From contig CAKOKS010000006.1 in NCBI GenBank assembly GCA_934095845.1, positions 258 to 64,257 on the forward strand: a stretch of DNA of 64,000 bases. The letters run 5' to 3'. Below are positions 1-13,384 of the stretch, piece after piece. The notes beneath the pieces are model-generated. The model was not told the origin of the DNA. It was given only the letters and a program-made list of their open reading frames with translations, and ran no database searches. Within the stretch, counting starts at the first letter, position 1; each line of letters opens with the position of its first letter. The translations under genes were made by a program, and so were the position numbers. This DNA comes from an uncultured Bacilli bacterium (GTDB lineage Bacteria > Bacillota_I > Bacilli_A > RF39 > UBA660).

Positions 1-1789
1 CATTATATTCATATCCGTTTATTGTTTTAAACTTTTGAGGTACATTTAAATCATGATAATAATTATAGTAAGCTTTGGCCAATTCATATTTTTTATTCCA
101 TTCATCGACGCTATTTCTAAGTTCAAAATTCATTTCAATTTTTTCTAATAATGCTATTTGATCTTGGGTTATTTTATAAGTTCCTTTTCCATTAAATGCT
201 AATTTTTGTGTATTGATCCATTTTCCTAAATTTACTCCATTTTCATTATATTCATATCCGTTTATGGTTTTAAAATCCGTAGGTACATTTAAATTATGGT
301 GATGGTTATAATAAGCTTTAGCTAATTCATATTTGTCCATCCATGTCATCGTTAACCTACTATACATATATTTAATAGTTCTGAATAAATCTTCGTTTAT
401 CATAGATATGTTAAATGTTGTACTTTTTAAATGAATTAACTTTTTTTCTCCATCTTTTCGTATTTGATATTTTTTTACTCTATTTATTAAATTGTTTTCT
501 AATTCTTTTATAAATTCAATATTGTTTGATAAATCAATTATTATAGGTGCAATCAGTATTTCAATTAATTCTTCTTTTGACATCGAATCGTCATAATTTA
601 ATTCTCTTATTTTACATTTTTCAATTAATTCTTCTTTTGAATATAGATTATATTCTTCAAATTCACTTTTGATATTATGCCCAACAGATAGTGCTCTTCC
701 TAATTGTTCAAAAAATACAATGTCAGAATTAGTACTCCTGCCCATTATAACTCCGTTTAATCCCGGTGCATGAATTCCTTCATTATACTGATTCTTAGCA
801 AACATTATTCTTAATTTACCACTTGCATCATTTTGTTCTAAGTCTACATTTTTATAAAAAGCTTCTCTATTCTTTTTACCTTTTTCACCCATTTCACTGG
901 TAGTCATATAAAATTCATAATCATTTTCTGTTAATTTCATCTCATGAACCCATTGCCTTGTTTCTTTCATTATGCTATCGATATCATTAACTCCTGGTTC
1001 AGAATTTAAAGGGCAAAAATATATATATTTTCCATTCGGTTTTATATTAGTTTTAAATATGTCACTTAAGTTAGGTGCTTCATGAACCCTCTTTTTTAAA
1101 TCAACTAATAATGAAGCTAATTCTTTATGATTTTTACTATTGGGATTTAATGAATTTATTTTATTTTCTAAATATTTACAAGTTTCTTCTAAAAACACAT
1201 ATCCACTTTTATAATTTGGTTTAGGAAGAACCCCATCTATCATAGCATCACATAAATCATAATTGCTTACAACCTTGTTTGAAAATAATTCATCAGTTTT
1301 AGAATCAGTCATATCTCTTTCATAAGATGAGCCTCTATCTCTTACTGTATATGCTGTCATACCAAATACTTGTAAATTTTTATGCGTATCGATAAGACAA
1401 TTTATCCTTTGACCCCAAACTGGAGCACCTAAATGATGAAATTCATCTAATATCAATAAATCTACATCTAACTTCGAAATTTCATCCCTACTCATATTTA
1501 TAAAACTTTGATATGTTCTAAATTCCAAATTTGGAAAATCATTTTCTAATGAAACGTTACTATTTTGTTCAATTAATTTTTTTTCGTGCTCAATAATTGA
1601 TCCATAAGGAACAACATATATTATTTTTTTATTTTTATTATCAAGAGCAAGTTGTAGTGCATTAAAACTTTTACCTGTTCCAGTTGCATGAACTATTGCA
1701 GCAATGTTATCATGTTCATATTGCTTTTTTACTTTCTCGTAACTTTTTATATTATGTTCATACAATCCTAATCTACTATAATCACTCAT
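1..1789 (-). CDS. SF2 DEAD/DEAH-box (ResIII-like) helicase with C-terminal helicase-associated (HA) domain repeats. The 3' end runs off the window, so it is absent from the supplied ORF track.
   Basis: Hand translation of the minus strand from the ATG at 1789 is open to position 1. Motifs seen: Walker A AIVHATGTGKS, motif II LILDEFHH, GMTAY, QLGRALS. Two or more tandem HA-type repeats (W..KYELAKAYY.HH.NLNVP..FKTINGYEYNENGVNLGKWI) appear as a DNA tandem repeat around 1-120 and 240-350. Confidence 0.75.
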   Translation of the reverse strand, partial: MSDYSRLGLYEHNIKSYEKVKKQYEHDNIAAIVHATGTGKSFNALQLALDNKNKKIIYVVPYGSIIEHEKKLIEQNSNVSLENDFPNLEFRTYQSFINMSRDEISKLDVDLLILDEFHHLGAPVWGQRINCLIDTHKNLQVFGMTAYTVRDRGSSYERDMTDSKTDELFSNKVVSNYDLCDAMIDGVLPKPNYKSGYVFLEETCKYLENKINSLNPNSKNHKELASLLVDLKKRVHEAPNLSDIFKTNIKPNGKYIYFCPLNSEPGVNDIDSIMKETRQWVHEMKLTENDYEFYMTTSEMGEKGKKNREAFYKNVDLEQNDASGKLRIMFAKNQYNEGIHAPGLNGVIMGRSTNSDIVFFEQLGRALSVGHNIKSEFEEYNLYSKEELIEKCKIRELNYDDSMSKEELIEILIAPIIIDLSNNIEFIKELENNLINRVKKYQIRKDGEKKLIHLKSTTFNISMINEDLFRTIKYMYSRLTMTWMDKYELAKAYYNHHHNLNVPTDFKTINGYEYNENGVNLGKWINTQKLAFNGKGTYKITQDQIALLEKIEMNFELRNSVDEWNKKYELAKAYYNYYHDLNVPQKFKTINGYEYN

Positions 1790-2027
1790 TTAAATCCCCT
1801 TCTAACTTTTTTATATCCACAAAATTATAATTATCAACTGTTTTTATAATAATGTTGACTTTGTCATCTTTCATAATATCTGCATTTTCCGCGTTTTGTT
1901 CAGTTTCATATTTATAGATTTTAGAACCAATCTCAATTATAAATCCGATTTTTTTAGATGCCATTACATCCTCATTATTTACAGTCGGAACGTATACTTT
2001 TTTTACTTTTCCATATTTTTCTAACAT
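1782..2027 (-). CDS. Small hypothetical protein (81 aa), translationally coupled to the helicase.
   Basis: ORF track. Its TGA stop overlaps the helicase ATG in the sequence ATGAGTGA. No recognisable family. Confidence 0.45.
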   Translation of the reverse strand: MLEKYGKVKKVYVPTVNNEDVMASKKIGFIIEIGSKIYKYETEQNAENADIMKDDKVNIIIKTVDNYNFVDIKKLEGDLNE

Positions 2028-2185
2028 ATCATTACTTATATAATTAAAATTATAAAAATATTACTTAATTTTTATTATTAATTAATTCCTTTCTATTTAT
2101 ATTCTTGAATCATTAATTTAAAATTAAAAACGTGTTTATGATAACATAAAAGCAACCTTTTTACAAGTTGCTTCAAATCTTATTA

Positions 2186-3615
2186 TTACTTAAAAAAGTA
2201 AATGTAACTTTAGATAGTAATTTTTTAAAAGTTGCATTTAGTTCTTTAATATTATTTAATTATTCTTATTAATTGTTTTTTTATTAAAAATTGAAAGGAT
2301 GTTTTATATAAAAAAAGAAAGATTAACAATTGAAAACAGAATGTTAATTGAACAACTATTGAAACTAAATTATAAATTAAAAATATTGCTGATGCTTTTG
2401 ATTCAACTTCTTCCACTGTTTCTAAAGAAATTAAAAAAAGAAGAATTTGCAATAAAGGTAATCTTAAAGAATGTGACAAATTAAAAAGATTTCCTTATGT
2501 GTTTTCATGTTGCAGTCTTAAAATAAATTGCCATAAAAAGAAATACTATTATAATTATAAAAAAGCACAAGAAAATTATGATTATCTATTACATTATTCT
2601 AGGAAAGGAATTGATATGTCTATTGATGAAATAGAATATTGGAATGATTATTTAACTGACAAATTAAAAAATAAAAATCAACCAATTTTACATTTATACA
2701 ATACTATAGAAAAAGAATTTCCAAAATCTATTCAAACATTTTATAACTATGTTCATGGAGGTTATTTTTCAAACATAAATGATGAAATGTTACCTAGATC
2801 TTATAGTTATAAACCTAGAAAAAGAAAAAATGAAGCTCCAACTATAAGATATGATAATCCGGCAAGAAAAGGTCGTACATTAAAAGAATTAAATGAATAT
2901 TTAGCTATAAATCCAAATGCAAATATAGTTGAAATGGATACTGTTATTGGAAAATTTGAAGACAAGAAATGTATACTAACTTTATATTTTAGAAATAGTA
3001 AACTAATGCTGATGTTTCTTATAAACAAGTACAAAACCTCAGAAGTTAAAAGAATTTTTAATTATCTGAGAAAAAAATTAGGTACAAAAAAATACAAAGA
3101 ATTATTTGAAATTATTCTTACTGATAATGGCTGGGAATTCTCTAAACCACTAGATATAGAAATTGATCCTATTACAGGTGAAAAAATAATAAATGTATTT
3201 TATTGTGAACCATACTCTTCATGGCAAAAAGGTGGTATAGAAAGAAATCATGAATTTATAAGATATATAATTCCAAAAGGCATTACTTTTGATAATTTAA
3301 ATAATGAAAATATTATAAATATGATGAATAATATAAATAATGTCAAAAGAAAAAGTATGGAGAGAAAATTTCCAAAACTCTTCATCTTCATCATATTGAT
3401 GAAGAAGACGTTGATTTAAGTTATAAAATACTTAAATAATCAACAGATTGAAAATAACAAAACAATTGATATTTCAAAACTAATAACTTACATTTAATTT
3501 TTGAAATTATCTTCAAAATACTTTTTCGAATGCATTAATTTCCTTTTTCGATTACTATTTTATCTAAATTTACAAAAAATGCAAGTATAAAACTTGCATT
3601 TACTTCTTAAAGTAA
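2186..3615 (+). mobile_element. Degraded IS30-family insertion sequence (about 1.43 kb).
   Basis: Imperfect terminal inverted repeats TTACTTAAAAAAGTAAATGTAACTTT (2186-2211) and the reverse complement of 3589-3615 (TTACTTTAAGAAGTAAATGCAAGTTTT) flank a frameshifted IS30-type transposase. Confidence 0.6.
2299..3439 (+). pseudogene. IS30-family DDE transposase carrying at least three frameshifts.
   Basis: The N-terminal HTH part (2299-2484) shifts frame near 2370-2380, and again near 2495-2505 (RFPYVC / CC..C motif split). The catalytic part reads DTVIG...TDNGWEF...SSWQKGGIERNHEF. The natural C-terminus (...HIDEEDVDLSYKILK) is in another frame ending with TAA at 3437-3439. Shifts lie near poly-A runs. 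Confidence 0.7.
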
Positions 3616-3668
3616 CTATATATATTAACAAAACAAAAAGAAAGTATTTTACATTATTTTTTTGAATT

Positions 3669-4853
3669 TTATTTACTATCATTATTGTTTTTTCTTTTTA
3701 AAACAAGTTTAGGGCCACTAGTGGTTTTATCTAATTCTTTATCAACTTGTTCAATAGTAATAATATGCTCCTTATCTATTGGAATACCATCTATTCTTAA
3801 TCTTAAATCATATGTAACTTTTTCCCCTATGCTTTGTTCTATATATTTTTCTAAATCTTCAAAGTCCATATTAACAATTTCATCAAAAGGCAACTCAATA
3901 GTTCTAGATATATTTTCTTTTGTTTTTTCACTTAATTGATATGGTTTATTTTCTATTTCATCATCATTCTTTTCTCTACATTTTTTCACAAAATATGCTG
4001 TTCTAAACTCATGTTTAAAATCATTGTTCAATATAGAAAAGTAGTAGTTATATATTTGTTCAGGATATACAGATAATAAATTCCACATTTGTAACTGATA
4101 AATATCTGTAGCTAATTTATTAATATTCCTTACATATATGTTATATTCCGAATATATATGTGAATTTTCTTCATCAAGCACATTAATATAAGCTATTTTA
4201 TAGTCTTGTGGTCTATAGTATGAAATTCCAACTTGTTCACAAATTGTAGTAGGAAGAAGTTTCAGTCTTTTTATTGGAATATTAATATTCAGTTCTAATC
4301 TTTGATTTTCATCAGATAATTCTAAATCTTCGATTTTTTCTTTTAATCTTCTAATGATAAATTCACAATCCTCTATACTAGTTTCCATAAACATTGATAC
4401 AGCTCGTAAATACAAATTAGAATTAATCTGATCTTGAGTCAATGAATTAATAAAATTCTTTAATTTATTATATCTTTTTATTTTACTAATTCTTTTCTCG
4501 TCAAAACTTTTATTTATTAAATGATCTTCTAAGCCATAAGTACCAATAATTTTAAACAATTTCTTTTCTAACTCTTTATTTTCTCTTTTACAATAATCAT
4601 TTACAAAAATTTTAATTTTTGTAAATCTATCAGAATATAACTCATTTCGTTGAATTTGTCTTTTATGTTCTTCAAATTCTTCTTTTGTAGGATAATCTGT
4701 ATTTCTTCTTGCAAACTTATCTAATGCTTTATCTGAAAAACTATCATTATCACAACAATTTTTTTCAACTTCACAAAATTTATCATAGTTCATTCCAAAT
4801 GCTCTTTTATTCTTGCATTTTATTTTATTTTTAATAACATCAATTAAATTCAT
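3669..4853 (-). CDS. Hypothetical protein (394 aa).
   Basis: Long ORF with no recognisable motif. Confidence 0.5.
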   Translation of the reverse strand: MNLIDVIKNKIKCKNKRAFGMNYDKFCEVEKNCCDNDSFSDKALDKFARRNTDYPTKEEFEEHKRQIQRNELYSDRFTKIKIFVNDYCKRENKELEKKLFKIIGTYGLEDHLINKSFDEKRISKIKRYNKLKNFINSLTQDQINSNLYLRAVSMFMETSIEDCEFIIRRLKEKIEDLELSDENQRLELNINIPIKRLKLLPTTICEQVGISYYRPQDYKIAYINVLDEENSHIYSEYNIYVRNINKLATDIYQLQMWNLLSVYPEQIYNYYFSILNNDFKHEFRTAYFVKKCREKNDDEIENKPYQLSEKTKENISRTIELPFDEIVNMDFEDLEKYIEQSIGEKVTYDLRLRIDGIPIDKEHIITIEQVDKELDKTTSGPKLVLKRKNNNDSK

Positions 4854-4915
4854 ATAAAGCCTCCTCTTGTGTTTTCTTATTATATTATATTTTTTTTAAA
4901 AATTTCTTATTTTCA

Positions 4916-5809
4916 TTATTTATTTTCAATCAAAACTCTATTATTTACACTTATTTTTTCTTGTAATAATTCTAATTCTTTAATACCATTATTATTTTTC
5001 AATATTTCCATTTGATTTCTAGCAGAATTATTTAAACTAATTAATCTTTCACTCTGTGACATACCTAATTTTATAAACTCTGCATTTGTATTTTCTAAAT
5101 TATTTAATATTACTAAATGTAATAAATCAGTATAATCTCTCATGTTACCTTTTTCGGAAAGCTCTGGATTTTCTTTTCTCCATTCTTTAGCAGTCATTCC
5201 AAACAATGCAACATTTAATACATCTGCTTCTTCGGCATATACAAATTTTTTTTGTTCTTCTGTTAATGTAGGAACTATATAATTTTTAACTGCATCTGTA
5301 TGGACTACATAATTTACTTTTGATAAAACTCTATTAGCATGCCATTCTAACTTTTGTTGATATGCTTCATTTTTCTTTAATCTTTCAAATTCTTTTATTA
5401 AATAAAGTTTAAATTCCGGACTTAACCAACTAGCAAATTCAAACGCTATATCAGGATGGGCAAATGTTCCAACACTATATTTTCCTGCACTTGGAACAAT
5501 TCCTATTGCATTAAATTTATCTTTCCATCTCTTTGGAGTCATAGTGAATCTATTGTATGGTGCTTCTTCAGTTTTAATTACGTGAAATTCCACGGAATTA
5601 AAATTTTCGTTATTTATTTGTTCCCACAAACCATAATAATCAAATGAATTTTTATTAGACATCCAATTTCTAATTACGCCTGATGGATCTTCTGGATTTT
5701 GATATTTTGCTAAATCAGTAAGTGATATATAATCAACATTTCCAATTCTCATTATTCCTATTTTATTATCTATAACATTTATTTCAGTTTTTACTAAATC
5801 TTTTGCCAT
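4916..5809 (-). CDS. KilA-N domain protein.
   Basis: GTFAHPDIAFEFASWLSPEFKLYL is a KilA-N hallmark. The likely start is the ATG at 5809, preceded by AAAGGAG; the ORF-track start at 5839 is less likely. Confidence 0.75.
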   Translation of the reverse strand: MAKDLVKTEINVIDNKIGIMRIGNVDYISLTDLAKYQNPEDPSGVIRNWMSNKNSFDYYGLWEQINNENFNSVEFHVIKTEEAPYNRFTMTPKRWKDKFNAIGIVPSAGKYSVGTFAHPDIAFEFASWLSPEFKLYLIKEFERLKKNEAYQQKLEWHANRVLSKVNYVVHTDAVKNYIVPTLTEEQKKFVYAEEADVLNVALFGMTAKEWRKENPELSEKGNMRDYTDLLHLVILNNLENTNAEFIKLGMSQSERLISLNNSARNQMEILKNNNGIKELELLQEKISVNNRVLIENK

Positions 5810-6230
5810 ATTTTTGCTCCTTTCTAAATAGTCAGACAAGTTTGACTAATCATTTTCTATATCAATTTTATCATAAAATTCAGTTAATTATCTTTATATT
5901 CTTTCCCAATAGGAAAATAATATATTTTGTTATATTCTTTTTTAATTATTATATTATTTTCTCTTAAATTATCTGCAACTTCTTTATATTTGTTTTTTAA
6001 TATGTGATAAATTATAATTGCTTATACTTTTGAAATTTTTATTATTCTTATCAATAGCTTTTATATATTCTTTTTTATCAGAAGATATTATTAAACTGTT
6101 TTTTGATAAAGGTTGTTGTTTTAAATTTTCTAATATTTCCTTAACAACATTTGACTTAACACTTTATCTACGATTTATTTATTTTATTATGCTGCTTTTT
6201 ATAATATTTTTTTAATTTATTATAAAAAAA

Positions 6231-6269
6231 CGAACTATTTCTAGTTCGAATAAATCTTTAATGGTGCCC
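6231..6269 (-). repeat. att-like site (distal junction of IME-A): hairpin CGAACTA..TAGTTCG, a 13 nt spacer, then TGGTGCCC.
   Basis: TGGTGCCC (6262-6269) repeats the last 8 nt of tRNA-Leu (11953-11960). The same hairpin-spacer-TGGTG architecture occurs at 11925-11960, 49585-49626 and 58450-58494. Confidence 0.5.
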
Positions 6270-6369
6270 TAAAGGAAGAAGTACGACAACTTTTTAGACA
6301 ACAAATAATAGTCAGTAATAAAATTAACTAACTAAATTATATCAATATTAGATTATTTTATCAATAGTT

Positions 6370-7263
6370 TTAGTTGTTTAAAGCACCCGACATAATTCTA
6401 AATTTTGATTTATTGTTCCATATATCTAATATTTTATCAAAATTTTTATCAGGTTCTAATAATAATTCTGCTAAATTATCTAATTCAATATATTCTTCTT
6501 CACTTAATTCAAAATTTTTATCTTGTATATATTTAGGTAAGTGTAAAAATATTATTTCATCATTCATTAAAGAATGAAAATCATAAAATAATCCGCGAAT
6601 ACTTGCTTTTAAACCTAATGTTGCGGGGTCAGAAGCATAATAAATTTCTTCTGTTTTATATTTTCCAGTTCTCATCCCTAAATATGCTTCAGCACCAAAT
6701 ATAAATTTATTTCTAGGAATATCGTTTAAATCAAACCCCATTTCATGGTCTGGACAATGTTCATCAGCATCTACTAATACCCATCTTTGTTTAATTTCAT
6801 CATAATATTCTGTAATCCAATGATCATAACTAACACCATCATATTTTATATAAGGAGCAAAACCACTTCTTACTCTTGCAGAATAACCTTTTGCCTTTAA
6901 TGTTGCAGCAAGTAATATTGCTTCTCCTCTACATGTAACATGTATTTTATCTTCTGCTTTTCTATTTACACTATATGTTTTATCTTTTCGTAACAATTCA
7001 CTTATCATACTTATTGCTGTCGGAAACAAGTCATCTTCATAATCTAATCTAGTAATTGGAACTTTTGTCATATCACCCCAAAAACAATTAGATTGTTTTC
7101 TAATGTTAGGAATATCAAATACTACTGGATGAATAATTTGTTTTCTTTGAAGAATACACAATTCGTTAATATCATCAGGAAGATTCTTCATAAAATTTTT
7201 ATATAAACCTAAATCAGTATATAAACTAGTCTGCTTATAAAAATTAAATACTTCATTATTCAT
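6370..7263 (-). CDS. Transglutaminase-like superfamily protein.
   Basis: CRGEAILLAATLKAKGYSARVRSGF ... DHWITEYY ... VLVDAD matches the Cys-His-Asp transglutaminase-core pattern. The ATG at 7263 overlaps the upstream stop (ATGAATAA). Confidence 0.6.
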   Translation of the reverse strand: MNNEVFNFYKQTSLYTDLGLYKNFMKNLPDDINELCILQRKQIIHPVVFDIPNIRKQSNCFWGDMTKVPITRLDYEDDLFPTAISMISELLRKDKTYSVNRKAEDKIHVTCRGEAILLAATLKAKGYSARVRSGFAPYIKYDGVSYDHWITEYYDEIKQRWVLVDADEHCPDHEMGFDLNDIPRNKFIFGAEAYLGMRTGKYKTEEIYYASDPATLGLKASIRGLFYDFHSLMNDEIIFLHLPKYIQDKNFELSEEEYIELDNLAELLLEPDKNFDKILDIWNNKSKFRIMSGALNN

Positions 7264-7822
7264 TATACCACTCCACAATATCCTTTAATTTTTTTCTAGG
7301 TCTTTGTTTAGGAAATTCATTTGGGTAGCCTATTGATACCGCGCAATTTAATTCCATATCTTCATGTCCTAGCATCTTAGCTACTTCATCTGCTACATAA
7401 ACTATATCTCTTATCCACAATGAACCGAGACCTAAATCGGTTGCTCTTAAACACATATTTTCTACACAAGCTCCAATAGATAAATTATCACCGACTATCC
7501 AATTATTATCTTTTTCTCTAAATATTAAAATCAATATAGGTGCTTGTTTGATTACGTTAGCTGTAGGATTAACACTACTATTAAATCCATATATTGCTCT
7601 TTCTTCTGATTTTTTGTTTTTTAACGTATAATTAATCATCATATCCATAACTCTGTTTTTTGTTTCTTTTGTTAAAACAACAAAATACCAAGGTTGTTTA
7701 TTTTTAGCAGATGGGGCTAATCTTCCACAATTTAATATATCTTCAATTAATTCTCTATCAACATTATCATTTTTAAAATTTCTAATACTTCTTCTTTCTT
7801 CTATAATTTTTAAAACTTCCAT
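7256..7822 (-). CDS. Nitroreductase family protein.
   Basis: IEERRSIRNF...RLAPSAKNKQPWYFVV is a typical nitroreductase N-terminus. Confidence 0.8.
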   Translation of the reverse strand: MEVLKIIEERRSIRNFKNDNVDRELIEDILNCGRLAPSAKNKQPWYFVVLTKETKNRVMDMMINYTLKNKKSEERAIYGFNSSVNPTANVIKQAPILILIFREKDNNWIVGDNLSIGACVENMCLRATDLGLGSLWIRDIVYVADEVAKMLGHEDMELNCAVSIGYPNEFPKQRPRKKLKDIVEWYNE

Positions 7823-7876
7823 TTTATCACCATATATTACCTTTCCAAATCATCAAAAAGTCTAAATCTAATTATT

Positions 7877-8269
7877 TTATTTTGAAAGGAATTTCTTTTG
7901 CAACCTTTCTAATTGTTTTGGCAAAATTTTGCCACTGATTACATCTTTAAAAACATCTCCCATTACCCCGTAAAGAACATTACCTGCTAGTGTTTTGCTT
8001 TTTTCATCAATTGTTGATTGACTTTTTAGTTTTTGCATTTCAATTTCATGTTTATATTCTTTATCTTTCATTTCCATTTCCAATTTGTGCTTTTCTTTTA
8101 AATTTTCAATATCTATCTCATGTTGTTTTAACAATTTTTCTAATTCGTTTTTATGATTTCTTTCTAGTTTATCTAATTCTAATTTGTATTTTTTTGTTGC
8201 TTCTTTATATGCTAACTATGCAGTGAAAATAGAAACAACATATGGTAAAAAATTCTTTACATATTCCAT
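7877..8269 (-). pseudogene. Small membrane/coiled-coil protein interrupted by an in-frame TAG at codon 18.
   Basis: The ATG at 8269 (GGGAG upstream) reads MEYVKNFLPYVVSIFTA, then TAG (8216-8218), then continues in frame into the 85 aa ORF-track entry, which starts at a TTG. Confidence 0.4.
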
Positions 8270-8415
8270 AATTAAATCAGCTCCCGTTTGATAATATTAT
8301 ATCACACTTCACTGACTATTTAACTAACAAATAGAAAATCACACGCATAATGATTAGGTCATTATGCAAGTGTGTTTCTAAATTATCAGAAATTTAGTAT
8401 AACTAAAGAATACAA

Positions 8416-11575
<3,160 letters not shown>

Positions 11576-11590
11576 CTAGTTTAAAAACAT

Positions 11591-11869
11591 TTAATTGTTT
11601 TTAATATGAACTTCCATATCTTTTAATTTAATACATTTAGAATAATCATTTACAAAAATTTTATCACTTTCATTAAATATCAAATAATTATTCTCTTTGA
11701 TTGTTATAATATGTGGACTTACATAAGCAATATTACTTCCTTTAATATTGATAATACTTCCTTGTTTAATAGTATATTTACAGCAAGCAAATCTACATAT
11801 CATATCAATTCTTTTTAAAACTTCCTTTTCAACTTCTAATATTTTTACTTCCTTCATAAAACTCCTCAC
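11591..11869 (-). CDS. Small conserved IME protein (92 aa). A recombination directionality or regulatory role is only a guess.
   Basis: Paralogous to 58095-58376 and in the same position, between the recombinase and the tRNA. Confidence 0.5.
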   Translation of the reverse strand: MRSFMKEVKILEVEKEVLKRIDMICRFACCKYTIKQGSIINIKGSNIAYVSPHIITIKENNYLIFNESDKIFVNDYSKCIKLKDMEVHIKNN

Positions 11870-11924
11870 TTTCCTTATAATAACAAAAAAACTAGACGGT
11901 ACTTCTAGTTAATATTTATTACTA

Positions 11925-11960
11925 CTCGAAAAGTTCGAGTTTCCTATCAATCTGGTGCCC
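11925..11960 (-). repeat. att-like site (tRNA-proximal junction of IME-A).
   Basis: Hairpin CTCGAAAAGTTCGAG, spacer TTTCCTATCAATC, then TGGTGCCC, which is the 3' end of tRNA-Leu. Confidence 0.5.
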
Positions 11961-12039
11961 ATGGTCGGACTCGAACCGACACGATATTGCTATCATTGGA
12001 TTTTGAGTCCAACGTGTCTACCAATTCCACCACATAGGC
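11953..12039 (-). tRNA. tRNA-Leu (anticodon CAA).
   Basis: Hand-folded cloverleaf: acceptor GCCTATG/CATGGGC, anticodon arm TTGGA-CTCAAAA-TCCAA, long variable arm, T-arm GTCGG-TTCGAGT-CCGAC, encoded CCA. Confidence 0.85.
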
Positions 12040-12087
12040 ATATATAGATTATAACATAATAATTACAAATTTGTATATAAAAAACAA

Positions 12088-12663
12088 CTAATTCTCTAGT
12101 TGTTCACTTTCTTTATAGGTTGATGAAAATAATTCTACGTCATCATTTTCTTTTGTTTCTTCTATTTCTATATTTGGTAAATCTTCAATAGTTGCAAGTC
12201 CAAAATAATCTAAAAACTCACTTGTTGTTCTATAAAGATTAGGTCTTCCAGCAAGTTCTGATTTACCTACTTCTTTTAATAAACCTTTAGCAACTAATTT
12301 TCTTATAATTTGACCACTTTGTACTCCCCTTATTTCAGATACTTCTGGATTAGTAATTGGTTGATTATAAGCTATTATTGCTAATGTTTCTAATGCTGCT
12401 TGACTTAATTTATTTGTACCAGGATTAACAGCTAAAGATTCATAATATTTTTTATGTTCTTGTTTAGTAGTTAATTTAAATGCGTCTCCTAAATAAGATA
12501 TTCTTAATCCTCTATCTTTAGCTTCATAATTCTTCTTTAATTCTTTTAGTAAATTTTTTACTTCTTCTTCACTTATTTCCATTATTTCTGATAAAGTTTT
12601 TAAATCACAACCTTCATCACCCATAACAAAAAGTATTCCTTCAAGTATTCCTAGTTGTTCCAT
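12088..12663 (-). CDS. scpB: Segregation and condensation protein B.
   Basis: LEGILFV.GDEG..., SQAALETLAIIAYNQPIT, GRPNLYRTT. Confidence 0.85.
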   Translation of the reverse strand: MEQLGILEGILFVMGDEGCDLKTLSEIMEISEEEVKNLLKELKKNYEAKDRGLRISYLGDAFKLTTKQEHKKYYESLAVNPGTNKLSQAALETLAIIAYNQPITNPEVSEIRGVQSGQIIRKLVAKGLLKEVGKSELAGRPNLYRTTSEFLDYFGLATIEDLPNIEIEETKENDDVELFSSTYKESEQLEN

Positions 12664-12667
12664 ATAT

Positions 12668-13384
12668 TCACTTCATTTCTATTGATATTTCACCAAAATT
12701 ATTATCTTGTTTAATTAGTATTTCATTATTTTTAGCCATTTCTAAAATTGATAAAAAAGTTACTACTATATATGGTTTAGTTAACTCTTCAAATAAATCT
12801 TCAAAATGACAACTTTTTTTTGTTTTTAAAATATTACGTATTTGGTTAGTTCTTTCTTTAACACTAAGTTCTTTTTTCATTATCTTAGTATTAAGTGGTT
12901 TATTAAGTTTTTGTCTTGATAAGAAAAGCTCAAACGCATTTATTAAATCATCTATGTCATTTTCACCATAATTTAACTTTTCTTCTTGTTTAAATTCACT
13001 TAAATCACTTGGAAGTTTTGTATAAAATTCACTTCTCTTATCTTCTAAATCTTTAAAAGAATCTGTTATTCCTTTTATTCTTTCATATTCAATTAAACGA
13101 TTTTTTAAATCTTCTTCATTATTGAATTCGTATTCATCATCTTCTTCATCATCATTTTTGTTTAAAAGAAGTTTACTTTTTAAATGAATTAATTCAGCTG
13201 CCATCACTAAGTATTCACTTGAATCATCCATTGAAAGATCTTTATTATTATTTATAAAATCTAAATATTGTTTAGTAATACTTTCAATATTAATATCATA
13301 AATATCCATTTTACTACTACGTATTAAATGTAGTAATAAATCAAGTGGTCCTTCAAAATCGTTTATACAAAAGTTTGGAATCAT
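12668..13384 (-). CDS. scpA: Segregation and condensation protein A.
   Basis: FEGPLDLLLHLI...DIYDI.I..IT.QYL, immediately upstream of scpB. Confidence 0.85.
   Translation of the reverse strand: MIPNFCINDFEGPLDLLLHLIRSSKMDIYDINIESITKQYLDFINNNKDLSMDDSSEYLVMAAELIHLKSKLLLNKNDDEEDDEYEFNNEEDLKNRLIEYERIKGITDSFKDLEDKRSEFYTKLPSDLSEFKQEEKLNYGENDIDDLINAFELFLSRQKLNKPLNTKIMKKELSVKERTNQIRNILKTKKSCHFEDLFEELTKPYIVVTFLSILEMAKNNEILIKQDNNFGEISIEMK

Noticed and set aside
6018-6215. A 65 aa plus-strand ORF in the KilA-N / IME-A intergenic region. The minus strand here also shows a frameshifted open stretch (..VKEILENLKQQPLSKNS.. / ..YKEVADNLRENNIIIKKEY..).
   Set aside because: The plus-strand ORF is hydrophobic low complexity with no signals. 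The minus-strand stretch lacks a start codon and is broken by a stop or frameshift, so at most it is an unidentifiable gene remnant.
11925-11939. Hairpins with a CGAA(C)...GTTCG core at the four IME junctions, considered as possible LexA (Cheo) boxes.
   Set aside because: The half-site spacing is wrong: 2, 6, 9 or 11 nt rather than 4. They are better explained as terminator/att-associated hairpins.
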